Assembly: GCA_002269645.1 (NCBI GenBank)
Contig: NIVC01002827.1
Coordinates: forward strand, 73,686-137,685
Length of the DNA: 64,000 bases
Direction of reading: 5' to 3'
Source of the DNA: Macrostomum lignano
Lineage: Eukaryota
The notes under the pieces: generated by a model
The model's database searches: none
Seen by the model: the letters and a program-made list of their open reading frames with translations, nothing else
Told to the model about the DNA's origin: nothing
Position numbers and translations under genes: made by a program
In this document: piece after piece, positions 28,378 through 38,400 of the stretch
Position numbering within the stretch: position 1 is the first letter of the stretch
Layout: the number at the start of each line of letters is the position of its first letter

Positions 28378-28794
28378 GGCGACAATGTGAACACAGAGAC
28401 GCTACTGAAGCGGGTGAACAAATCCGGCCAGATCCACATGGTCCCAGCCGCTTTGAAAGGCCGCTACATCATCCGTTACACGGTCACCTCGCCCATGACC
28501 ACCGAAGCTGACTTGGACTTCGACTACTCCGTCATTAGCGACATCGCTGGTCGAGTTTTGGCCGACGTCGGGCGTGAGCAGCAGCTCCAGCAGCAGAAAC
28601 AGAAACAGCTGCTACAACTGCAGCAACAGCAGCAACTGCAGTTGCCGCAGCAACCGATGCCACAGCAGCCGAGACGGCCACCAAAGAGAATCGGCGACTA
28701 TCGAATGTCTCTGTTGCTAAGCAACGTGACATCCCAGCCGAAGTTTGTCGACAGCTCGTTCGCCGCTCTTACTGACAGTCGAGAGTTGGCCAGG
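28378..28794 (+). CDS. HDC: Histidine decarboxylase, coding exon 9
   Basis: Acceptor CCTAG|GGC. GDNVNTETLLKRVNKSGQIHMVPAALKGRYIIRYTVTS ends the catalytic domain, followed by a polyQ stretch and SLLLSNVTSQPKFVDSSFAAL, which resembles the insect HDC tail motif SLLLSNSPMSPKVVNGSFAAI. Donor AGG|GTTGGT. Confidence 0.87.
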
Positions 28795-28804
28795 GTTGGT
28801 GGCT

Positions 28805-29060
28805 TGTCCATCCCTAATCCCATACCTCTGATCCCATAACCCTAATCCCATATCTCCAATCCAATATCCCTGATCCCCATATACCATATCTCTAATCCCA
28901 CATCTCAAATCTCTAATCCCATATCCCTGACCACATATCCCATATCCCTAATCCCATACCTCAAATCTCTAATTCGATATCCCATATACCTAATCCCGTA
29001 TCTCCAATCCCATATCCCTAATCCCATATCTCCAATCCAATATCCCTAGTCCCATACCTC
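28805..29060. repeat. Degenerate ATCCCTAATCCCAT-type repeat, HDC intron 9
   Basis: C/A/T-rich short tandem units seen directly. Confidence 0.8.
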
Positions 29061-29199
29061 TGATCCTATAGCCTTTATATGGCGTTTTTTCGTAATATCC
29101 CTGGTATCGTATCGATAATTCAAAAATCAATAACTTTAATTCCAAATATCGGCTGCTTAATCTCACAAGAAAGCGCATCCTGAATCCCCAACTATCCAG

Positions 29200-29670
29200 G
29201 ACTTCCGCAGCCAGCTGTCCGTGTGGGTGAGCAGTCGACCCTTGTCATTCTCCCCAATCGCCGGGGGTCGTTCGGCGGCCGCCGCCGCAGCCGCAGCGAT
29301 GCGCGGTCAGAAAAGTCTCGACTTTGGCGGCGGCTGCCTGCCGCCGCAGTCGCAGAGCTCTTCGACGATGTCGTCTTGTCGGCGTTTAGTTCGACCTTCT
29401 CGTGGCCGTCTGAACTCGCTGGACTCCAAAGTCGACGGCCTGGTGGTGAGCAGCGTCAGCGAGGCGGACGGGGACGCGGAGGCTGCGGCGGCTGAGGAGG
29501 AAGAAGAAGATGAAGATGAGAGCATCTGCGATGGTGAGGTGGATGAAGAAGACGACGGCGAGGACGCGGATGACGGCGACAAAGAGGAAGCTGATCAGGA
29601 TGACGCCAACAATTGCGATGAAAAAGGATCAGGATCTGTTGGAGACGACGCCAAGAAGTCCGGCTATTGA
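29200..29670 (+). CDS. HDC: Histidine decarboxylase, last coding exon (C-terminal extension)
   Basis: Acceptor ATCCAG|GAC is in frame with ORF 29221-29670. Contains LNSLDSKVD (compare the insect HDC tail FSLDSxMD) and an acidic tail. Stop TGA at 29668-29670. Confidence 0.72.
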   Translation, partial: DFRSQLSVWVSSRPLSFSPIAGGRSAAAAAAAAMRGQKSLDFGGGCLPPQSQSSSTMSSCRRLVRPSRGRLNSLDSKVDGLVVSSVSEADGDAEAAAAEEEEEDEDESICDGEVDEEDDGEDADDGDKEEADQDDANNCDEKGSGSVGDDAKKSGY

Positions 29671-30679
29671 AGGCCGATTATCGAAATTTTGCAGGTTCGG
29701 GTTGGTTCTAATTTATTTAACAACTTTGAGAACATTTTCTAGCGTCGATTTCTGGTTTTACTTCTGCAGAAATCATATTTTTTGAATGGGATTGAATAAT
29801 TTACTTCAAAGGTTTTATTGGTACTTTTATCAAGTGTTGGAAATTGATTTTAGACCAATAGCTGTATTTAAGTCCACTGTCTGCGACCTATAAATTTAGC
29901 AATATGCAGTAGTATTTTTCAGTAGTATTTTAGTTTTTCTGCGCTTAAATGTTGCTACATGTATTTCAAATTAACTGATCCTTTGCTGTTGTATGTTAAT
30001 GTATTACCTTAGCAAGCTGTGTGCACGCTGTACGCGTATTTATAATCGTAAATAATGTTTCCTATAATAGCTACGGCGGACTGTATTTGCACGCCTATAG
30101 ATTCTTAGATTTTTAGAACCTAGCCAAGAACGTTATAATTATCTATTAATTGTTTTTATTTCCTCTTTATTTGTTTTTGTGTACACTAAGAAAGCACATT
30201 GGAGTATAATCTTAGATTGTCTTTATCCGTCGGCATTGAAACACATCAGACAGAAAAAATTAGAGCACTAACCATTTTTTGTTTTATTTTGTTTAATCGC
30301 TTAAATACTACGTTAAAAGATATTAATCCGTCAGTTCGTCTGCATATCGTAGATAAATATTGTACTTTAGAAATGATTGCACACGGCTATTGAAATTATT
30401 TGTTGCTGTTATTCAAAATTTATTCATTTATTAGTAAAACTAAAATGTTTAAATTAATATTACATTGACGGACAATATATCAATACGAGTAAACTTTTTG
30501 TTAGTTTGTTAGTCTGAGCACTTTTAATAGTGCCCAATAAATATTGACTATGGTATTTATTGCCAGATCGACTACTAACAATAGTGCTTCAGTTTCACGG
30601 CCCGCTGAGAAAGTCTATGGTAAAGGTACAAAAATTAGATGTCTATAAAAGACTCGGAAAGTCTATTGGAAAGTTTATA

Positions 30680-31019
30680 TTGGTTTTGTCAGCCTAACTG
30701 AGAATAAAGCCATCCAAAGTGAGAATCCCGCCTACACTGACCGCGAAGGGCCCGGCTGCGTGCAGCCTTAGTCCATGGGCCATAGACAATAAAGGACAAG
30801 CAAAGTGATAAAAAGCCATCCAATGTGAGAATCGATTGGTCTATGCGTCGTATTCTTTTATTTTTATACCTTCTGAGCCATATGACTAGCCAATCCTAGC
30901 CTATCCTTTATAGTCTATGGCCCATAGACTAGGCTGGACACAGCTAGGCCCTTCGTATTCAGCGTAGGCAGGATTCTCACTTTGGATGGCTTTATTCTCA
31001 GTTAGGCTGACAAAACCAA
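30680..31019. mobile_element. MITE with long TIRs and TA target duplication
   Basis: TA-TTGGTTTTGTCAGCCTAACTGAGAATAAAGCCATCCAAAGTGAGAATCC...GGATTCTCACTTTGGATGGCTTTATTCTCAGTTAGGCTGACAAAACCAA-TA. The TIRs are perfect for about 48 bp and imperfect to about 110 bp. Confidence 0.88.
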
Positions 31020-32840
31020 TACCAGTAACATGTGGTGGTGTATTGCATTTGCAAATTTTATTGGCGGCAGTGATAATGGATGTCTTTCTGCGATAGCTTT
31101 ACACTTCTATTAGCTATTTAATAATTGTACAGTAAGTTAGTGCAGGCCTCATGAAGCTACCGAATCGACTAACTTTCAAATTTCAAAGTTACATTCGCGC
31201 CTCGATCTGAGCATCATTCGGACGTTTGTCAAACCGCGACGTACTCGACGTCAACATAAGTCGCTAGAAAATTGGTGTTTTTACGTTACGCCGACGGATG
31301 GCAAGGCTATACCGGTACGTCGGCCGAATGTGGGAGTAATGTAACTTATTTAATAGCGACGTCGAAGCGTTGGCCAATGTCGCCGAAGTCGGATTTTGCT
31401 GTATGGGCCCCGTAAGCATACTGAAACTCAGCATCAGAATTGTGCATCCAGGTCAGAAAAACCCGTCGCGTCACTGGCTAGATCGGACACAATCCATATA
31501 AATATTTGCTAACTACAGCACAAATTTACATGCAGCATAAATAATATCAGATCGGGATCGAGCAGCTTAACGAAAAACGCATGTGACTCTCGCGTCACAA
31601 TTCAGCTAGGAGCATGCAATTTGCCAGTGGGTTGTCGGTTGTCGTGCGACAACCCACAATTAGAACAAATTGTGGCACAATATCCGTAAAAAATCGTGTA
31701 GTGATTACCGCTGTAAAAATCGATCGCGAAATTTTAGCGTACCCGTCGATGGAAGTCTTTAACAAAGCAGGTAATTTTTATTACGCCGACGGATAGCGAC
31801 GTTTAAAGTAGGATAGCTCGTACTAGTAATTTTCGTTGTATTATATACATATGGTTTACTCGTAGTAAATATAAGTATATATGTAGCATATATTTCGATA
31901 GATTCGAAAAACGAGTTGGCAAGCATATTGCGAATCAAGCCCTCTTAAACGACTAACTGAGTGGGGGGAATTTAGAAACAGAAAAGTACTGTACAAATTA
32001 AGAAGCATTCAAAAAATGTAGAAGGAAAATACGGATTTACCCACTAAAATAGAACGTAATAAACCATATTAGTAGCTGGAAATTACACATACAACAATGC
32101 ATATATCATAACAGCGTACCATTTCATACCATTAGCAACCCTTTCCGAGTGACGCCGATAGACGTCGCAATTATCAGATGCCAGTAGTTAACACAACTTG
32201 TTAACACATGCCAGTAGATTATCGTAAGATATTGAGAAATAGCATTAATATTTTACGTGAAAATAACATGGATAAATACAGAATGTGATAGACACACAGC
32301 TATAATTGATTGGACAACTATAGACACTATTAGCACGATTCAAAGACGAATTAATTGGATCTTTAAGTGAATTAATTTAACAGATTTTCCAATTAAATGT
32401 ATGATCATATGCACTGAAATTGCAGTGCTTTCTGAACAGTTTAGATCAGCACAACGCAAATGTAAATAAAATTTAATTCAATATTAAAAAATTGAATGAC
32501 ACGAAGTTCATGTTTTGTTTTTAGTTCACGTTAAGGTCGTTATGAGGACTTACATTATAAAGTTCTTTTATACCACCTTCTTGCACTTATGACCTATGAG
32601 CCACTAAATTACACGATTGACGAAAAACGAGCACAAGCCATGTGACAAGGACCACTCTAAAAGTTACCGTTGTCTACGTTGTTGTGTTTTTATGGTAACT
32701 TCTAGTGGTCCTTGCCATGTGATCGCTATTAAAATTAGCTTCGCTGAATGAAGGTGTGATCGAGTCCTAGAAGGTTTTCTATACTTCAACTATGCCCTTG
32801 CAATACTTGCTTCTGGTGAGGTTAGAGTACAACAGATATA

Positions 32841-35402
32841 TTAAAGCGTCTCTAGTATTACGCCAGGAACTCTACCAGGCTTACTGACATATACAACGAC
32901 ATCGTAGATATTTTCAACTTCACTTCTATCATTGGAACTACCGTTTAGAATGATGTCAGTAGCTGGTTGCTGAGCCGTTCGTCTCGAACGCCGGCGGAGC
33001 CAGAATCCAAGCGCTATCAAAGCGCCACAACCGAGCACTACAGCAGACAGCAGCAGAGCCAGTCGACGATAGAAACTTGCCGGATCGACGCTTTCAGCGA
33101 TCAAATCAGAGTTCACCATCATCTTCTTAAGGCTCTCTGACCTATCTGAGTTAATCAGCTGGTCTTCGAATGCAGTAGAGTAGAAACAAGTCGGATCTTC
33201 AGCACAGATTGTGTCGCTACCGTTGTACTCCACTTTCCGAGAGTATCTTACCAGTTCTATATGGCCGAGGACTTCAATGTCAGGGTAGTGATAGTTAAAC
33301 ACCGCGGTGAGCGAACCCGATTTCTTTGACGCTTGTTCTTTAAAAAGGTTCAGTAAATTTGGCGTGCTCTTCATGGCGGCAACGTTTACGCTAAAAATGA
33401 GTTGACCATTTTTATTGTCATACTCGATGCTCAATGCGTCTTGCCAATCGCATTCGATTAGGAATGCTCGTGTGAGCGCGAGTCCGTTTAGACTGAAATG
33501 TCCAGTAAAGCGAGCTCCAGAAGATGTTACAGACTCAAGGAACCGTCGCTCGATAGAAAACTTCCAGTCAATGCAACTGTAAATCAGGCACAGATGTTTC
33601 CATGAGCAGTGACTCGCACTGCTAGCTGTGACATGGGCTGCTGGGAGAATTTCGGGAACTAAAACGATGTGGGAGCGAGCACGCATCCAGTACATCGGCA
33701 GTTCGGGCTCACCGTCTTGTATAGATTGCACTGTACATACAAAAGTATTTGCGTCTTCAAATGAAGCTGAAGTATTTATTCCGTAGAAACGATTCAAATT
33801 ATTTTCAGTCGGAGGTAAGTATGCAGTCTGTTTGGTAAGAATCGACGAAAACAGCGAGTTTCTTTGAGTTTTAGTTTTATAATTGACACTTATTCGCGTG
33901 TCTGCTTGTTCCGACACTTCAGTCTCGCAAGTCAGGTTTATGCTGTCACCCTCAGCTACCAAAACTCGATCTGGAGGGTACCTCAGTCCCTGTGGTGGAA
34001 CAACTACATGAACTTGTATATGTGCAGACACTCCTCCTGCTCTGCACATGTAGTCACCACCGTGACTTTTCTGCGACAGTTTCTTTGGCAGTTCGATCAC
34101 GTGACCTCCAGTCGCGATCTTTATTCCATTGGCAAGCGTTGTCCATTGCTTAGTAGGGTAACCTGTTGACAATTGAGCAATCAAAGACTGATTGTTGTGG
34201 TAAAACTCGGATTGACGACTCCCGATCGCCGAGTTGCACACAATCGGACAAGCTAAATGAGAGCGCACCATTCCTGATCGAAGAGTTACACTTCTTCTTT
34301 TCTTACCAACAAGACTGCATTTTGCACCGCGAACTACAAGTGGTGTTCCAGACTGTCTTGTGCTCGGAAGAGACAAGCGTCCAACTCTTCGGCGAACCTC
34401 GTAAGGTTCCCGTTCGCCAGAAAGTGACAGAATGACGCAAAATGTGACGTCTCCTGTGCTGCGTTGTTTCATTACATCCATGATGCCAATTGAGAACAAT
34501 TTCAATCTACCTGTAGCCACGTCCAGTTGTGCATGCCGCATCAGATCCAAGTTCCACTGGTCTAGCTTCGTGTAGAAATTATTTGTTAGAATAACTGATC
34601 GGCTGAACTGCAGATTCTGACAATGGTCTGGACTGAGCGCAAGGCCTACATTGATCAACGGCTGCAAGAATGGAGGAGCTGACTTGATCAGGTTGACTAA
34701 ATTATCACTTATGATTTGGACACTTTGCGCTCTGTCCACCTCTGACTCGATCATGCCTCGCGAAAACAAAGCATTCAGTATTTCCGATGCATTGTGAACC
34801 AAAGTAGGAATTTTCAACCAAGCATCCATGGTCCAAACGTAGAGTCGACCGCTTTCCATCAGAATCGTGCCATCGAAGCCTTTCCATACCACCTGCAGAA
34901 TCAGCGCATCGCTAAACTTCCCGGCGAGAGCTGATCTTTCGAAACGCCAGTTGGATTTTTCAACAAGTCTAATCAGTAATTCTGTGCGGTCTATTGAGAA
35001 CAGCTCGAAAGGACTGCCGGCTGTCAAGCAAAGCTTCTCATTCCTTGTCGTTACCAGCCGATCTTTAAAGTTCCCCTGTAGTAAAGCAGTTTCAGAAGCA
35101 CCTTGTTTACATTTATATCGCAGATAAATACTGTTGTACGCTTCGATATGCTTCGCTAATGAAGGAAAGTCAACTTTGATTTTGAGCACGTGACTGGGTG
35201 ACTCAGCAGATAAAACGGCCAGCTGTGCTGTTCTCTGTTGACTAGCAAACCATGTGTCGCCCCACATCAGCAAATTCTGGTTGTTGGATGCTACCAGAGC
35301 GAAATCCATTTGTAAAAGCAGCGCTGTAGCAACAATCTGAATGAGTTGTAAATGAATTAATTTGTCAATAGAAATGAAAAGCAATGCAAAATTGTTTAGC
35401 AA
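32841..35402 (-). CDS. Type-I membrane protein with two Ig-like domains (paralog A)
   Basis: 853-codon ORF. Ig motifs LAC...HGGDYMC and AEGDSINLTC...EDANTFVC, TM segment LALLLSAVVLGCGALIALGFWL followed by RRRSR, short tail with NIYDVV. The true 5' end is probably a splice acceptor (CATTCAG|ATT at 35336) rather than the TTG start. Confidence 0.8.
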   Translation of the reverse strand: MLNNFALLFISIDKLIHLQLIQIVATALLLQMDFALVASNNQNLLMWGDTWFASQQRTAQLAVLSAESPSHVLKIKVDFPSLAKHIEAYNSIYLRYKCKQGASETALLQGNFKDRLVTTRNEKLCLTAGSPFELFSIDRTELLIRLVEKSNWRFERSALAGKFSDALILQVVWKGFDGTILMESGRLYVWTMDAWLKIPTLVHNASEILNALFSRGMIESEVDRAQSVQIISDNLVNLIKSAPPFLQPLINVGLALSPDHCQNLQFSRSVILTNNFYTKLDQWNLDLMRHAQLDVATGRLKLFSIGIMDVMKQRSTGDVTFCVILSLSGEREPYEVRRRVGRLSLPSTRQSGTPLVVRGAKCSLVGKKRRSVTLRSGMVRSHLACPIVCNSAIGSRQSEFYHNNQSLIAQLSTGYPTKQWTTLANGIKIATGGHVIELPKKLSQKSHGGDYMCRAGGVSAHIQVHVVVPPQGLRYPPDRVLVAEGDSINLTCETEVSEQADTRISVNYKTKTQRNSLFSSILTKQTAYLPPTENNLNRFYGINTSASFEDANTFVCTVQSIQDGEPELPMYWMRARSHIVLVPEILPAAHVTASSASHCSWKHLCLIYSCIDWKFSIERRFLESVTSSGARFTGHFSLNGLALTRAFLIECDWQDALSIEYDNKNGQLIFSVNVAAMKSTPNLLNLFKEQASKKSGSLTAVFNYHYPDIEVLGHIELVRYSRKVEYNGSDTICAEDPTCFYSTAFEDQLINSDRSESLKKMMVNSDLIAESVDPASFYRRLALLLSAVVLGCGALIALGFWLRRRSRRTAQQPATDIILNGSSNDRSEVENIYDVVVYVSKPGRVPGVILETL

Positions 35403-38400
35403 ATTTATTGCGAACGTTGGCTCAGTATCTAATATAGCTGAGCTGTTGGTGTAAAATTGAGGAGATACTTAGTCATCTGCCTATTTGTCAACCGACGGAT
35501 TCTGGTCATTAGTGTATATGCAAGTAGACTTTAGATTTTCTACAAGGTAATATACTATTAAAGTACTATACTATTGAAGGAAAAATTTCAAAAAAATATA
35601 TAGAATTTTTATTTACCAAAATATTCAGCGGCATGGCGTTGTCGAGAAGAATTTTCTTCCAGAAGAACCACTACAAAAACCTGTCGTCTGTATTGTGCTT
35701 TGTGTGACAGATTGATTTTTAAAACAGTTGCTCCTTAGAACGCTACACTGGACATTGCAGTTATATTCCAGGTTATTGGCAGATTAAATAGTGACCCATG
35801 CTAAAATGTCCTTTAATTTTAAGGATTGATATGATATACAATTATAGTAGCTAAGTTCAGCATTCTAGAATGAACTAAAGTTATAATGGCAAAGTCATCA
35901 GTCGCAGTGATGTTCACTTGGCGGAATTCTAACTTTTGCAGAAGCTTTGCCTTCTGTCACAGCTATATTTATTATATTTCTTATTTTACGCTTGGTACCG
36001 CAACGTGCTTCTAAAATTTCCAGATTATACGCCCTCGTAATGACAAGAGAGAAGTTGATTTTTAGAAAACACTATCTCTTGATTACGTTGCTATAACTGT
36101 TCTAAATCTGCTGTAAATTTTTGCAAAGTTAAGACTGAAATGCATAGAACTATCTTTATAGGCCCAACTAATTTTGATGAATTGCATGGTTTTGAAAATT
36201 GAAACGTTACCTTGTGCTAGAAAATTGGGACTCCTTTGACTTTTGGAAACAGCAGCCAGAGAACAGGCATAATACTATCAATTTGCGCATAAAATTCTCA
36301 TTTTGCATGCTGTTATAGGTTACAGTCTGCTTATAAAAACATCACGGACAACTTAATAAGTTACTAAATTTTCCTCTAGTTGCATCAATCTTTTACAGTT
36401 TCGACAATCGTATAATTGTGGCTACGAGTATTAGGGAAGCTAATCTACGAGACGTACTAAGAGTTGTGCATTTTTCCAACAATGACAACAAAAGCCAGTC
36501 AACGAAGGAAATGCCAAGTTGCCAGAGAAGGTCTTCAAGAGTGCACTTTATTATCAGTGCGATATATCCCTGATTGTCTAATGCGCTCCTAGATCGAGCT
36601 CAAGAAGGATGAGCGCAGAATTCTAGGTTATGGTGAACTTTTTTTACTATATCTTTCACGTAAAACAAAACTAGGCTGTACGATATGAATGCAAAGCTAA
36701 AAGCTATATATTACAGTATATTATACATTCGTTCATTCGATCCGAGCCGTCCTCCAGTCCGAAGTGCTGCCCGACCGCCAGAGGGCTCGGCTGTGGCAGG
36801 CGGTGGTCGAAACCGTCCTGCTTTACAACGCCGAGTGGACGCTGACGGCTGCGCTAGAGCGGCAGCTGGACTCGGCGCACTCAGGGCTGCTCCGTGCGGC
36901 CTTTCGAGCTAACGAGAGCGTCGGAACCGAGGCCCTGTACGATCGGGCCAAGCTGCAGCGCCCGTCCACCATCCTGCGCCAAAGGCGACTTAAACTGGCG
37001 GGCCACGTGATCCGGGCCGAGGGCTACTGCCCCCAACCTGTTCAGGACGTCCTGCTGCTCACTTTGCAGGGTCCGTTCATGCGGGGTCAGGCCCGAACCC
37101 GTCGATACGTCGACTGCCTGCTGTGGACTTTGTTCGCTCCCAGGCTCTGCGGCGCGCCATCTGACGCGCCCTGCTCTAACTGTGACTGTGCATGCGGGGT
37201 CGCGTATTTTGTTGTTGTTGTTGTATATTATACATTACAATATATAAAACATGTTTTTTTAAAGCCAGAAATGTACAATGAAATGCAAGTAAAGAAAAGC
37301 GAATCAGGATAAAACCAATAGTAACCGGCATGAAACATCTGTTGATGCTAGTCGTATAGTGTATTTCTTAAGAAAACTGTACAATTGCGGACAAGATTTT
37401 TTTCAAGAAAAATATGTAAGTGGAACAGCAAGACTTCGTTGGAAAATACATTTAGGAGCGTATTACCTCTACAGAAATCTTCACATTGACTTTCTAATTT
37501 GTGTGATTAAATCGTTGCTCCGCGAGCCGTGCGTTATGGCTAGCAGCAATTTTCACAAAACAGGAAGTTTATGCAACGTCAAAATGGTAGATGAAGCCTA
37601 TTCCAACACGAGGCAATGCCCATCTAAGCTCGTTAAAACGTAGGCATAAATAATCCTGTTGTTGCGTAGGTCAACTGAATATTTAAATTAAAAATTAACA
37701 AAGTAGCCATAGGCGCATCGAAAAAAAGTTTGAGTGATGACGAATCGTAGACTTTCTGGGAGAAGTCTGGTATCGTTTAAGTGTCTGCTGCTTCGAGGAC
37801 TAGTGGTAATTACTTTAATTTATGAATTTATTTCAATGCCATACTTAGTAAGTTAGATGACAATATGCAAAGCGGGAAACATTTTAAGACTTCCACATGC
37901 ACGAGACTGGGCCTTCTGGTATGATGCTTCACGAGAGGATTCACTTTTAGATACTTATTAAAACAAATATTTCCAAGCGTTTATTAAAAACTGAAAAAAG
38001 ACAGTTTGTTCCAATTCAGCTAAACTTTTTCTATTCTAAACGCGCAGGTTGCAGCCACAGTCTTCTATCTGCCACATACATCGGCGCAACGAAATGGTGA
38101 CAATCGGTATTTGCTGCTATGGGGCGACACCTGGTTTGCCAGTGCACCCAAATTAGCACAGCTGGCCATTTTATCCGCCGAATCGTCCGGTCATATTCTG
38201 AATATCAAAACTGACCTTCGCTTCGGGATGACTTCAGAGAACGCAACTAAATATTGTTTCTTAAAATACAAATGTAACATCAGTGATTCTGATACAGACT
38301 TTTCAGAAGTAAGTCTTCACAGAAATTTAAATGAACAAAAGAAAAAGCTATGCTTCCGAGGCGCTATCGCCTTTGAGATTGAATCGACAAGTGGTTTCGA

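Noticed and set aside
28805-29060. CCCTAA hexamers as interstitial telomeric repeat
   Set aside because: Isolated hexamers inside longer degenerate units, never tandem (CCCTAA)n.
9215-29670. Tyrosine or DOPA decarboxylase as an alternative call
   Set aside because: [16 protein letters not shown], [14 protein letters not shown], FNxEPLYLKHE and HWQIPLS match HDC better than TDC/DDC.
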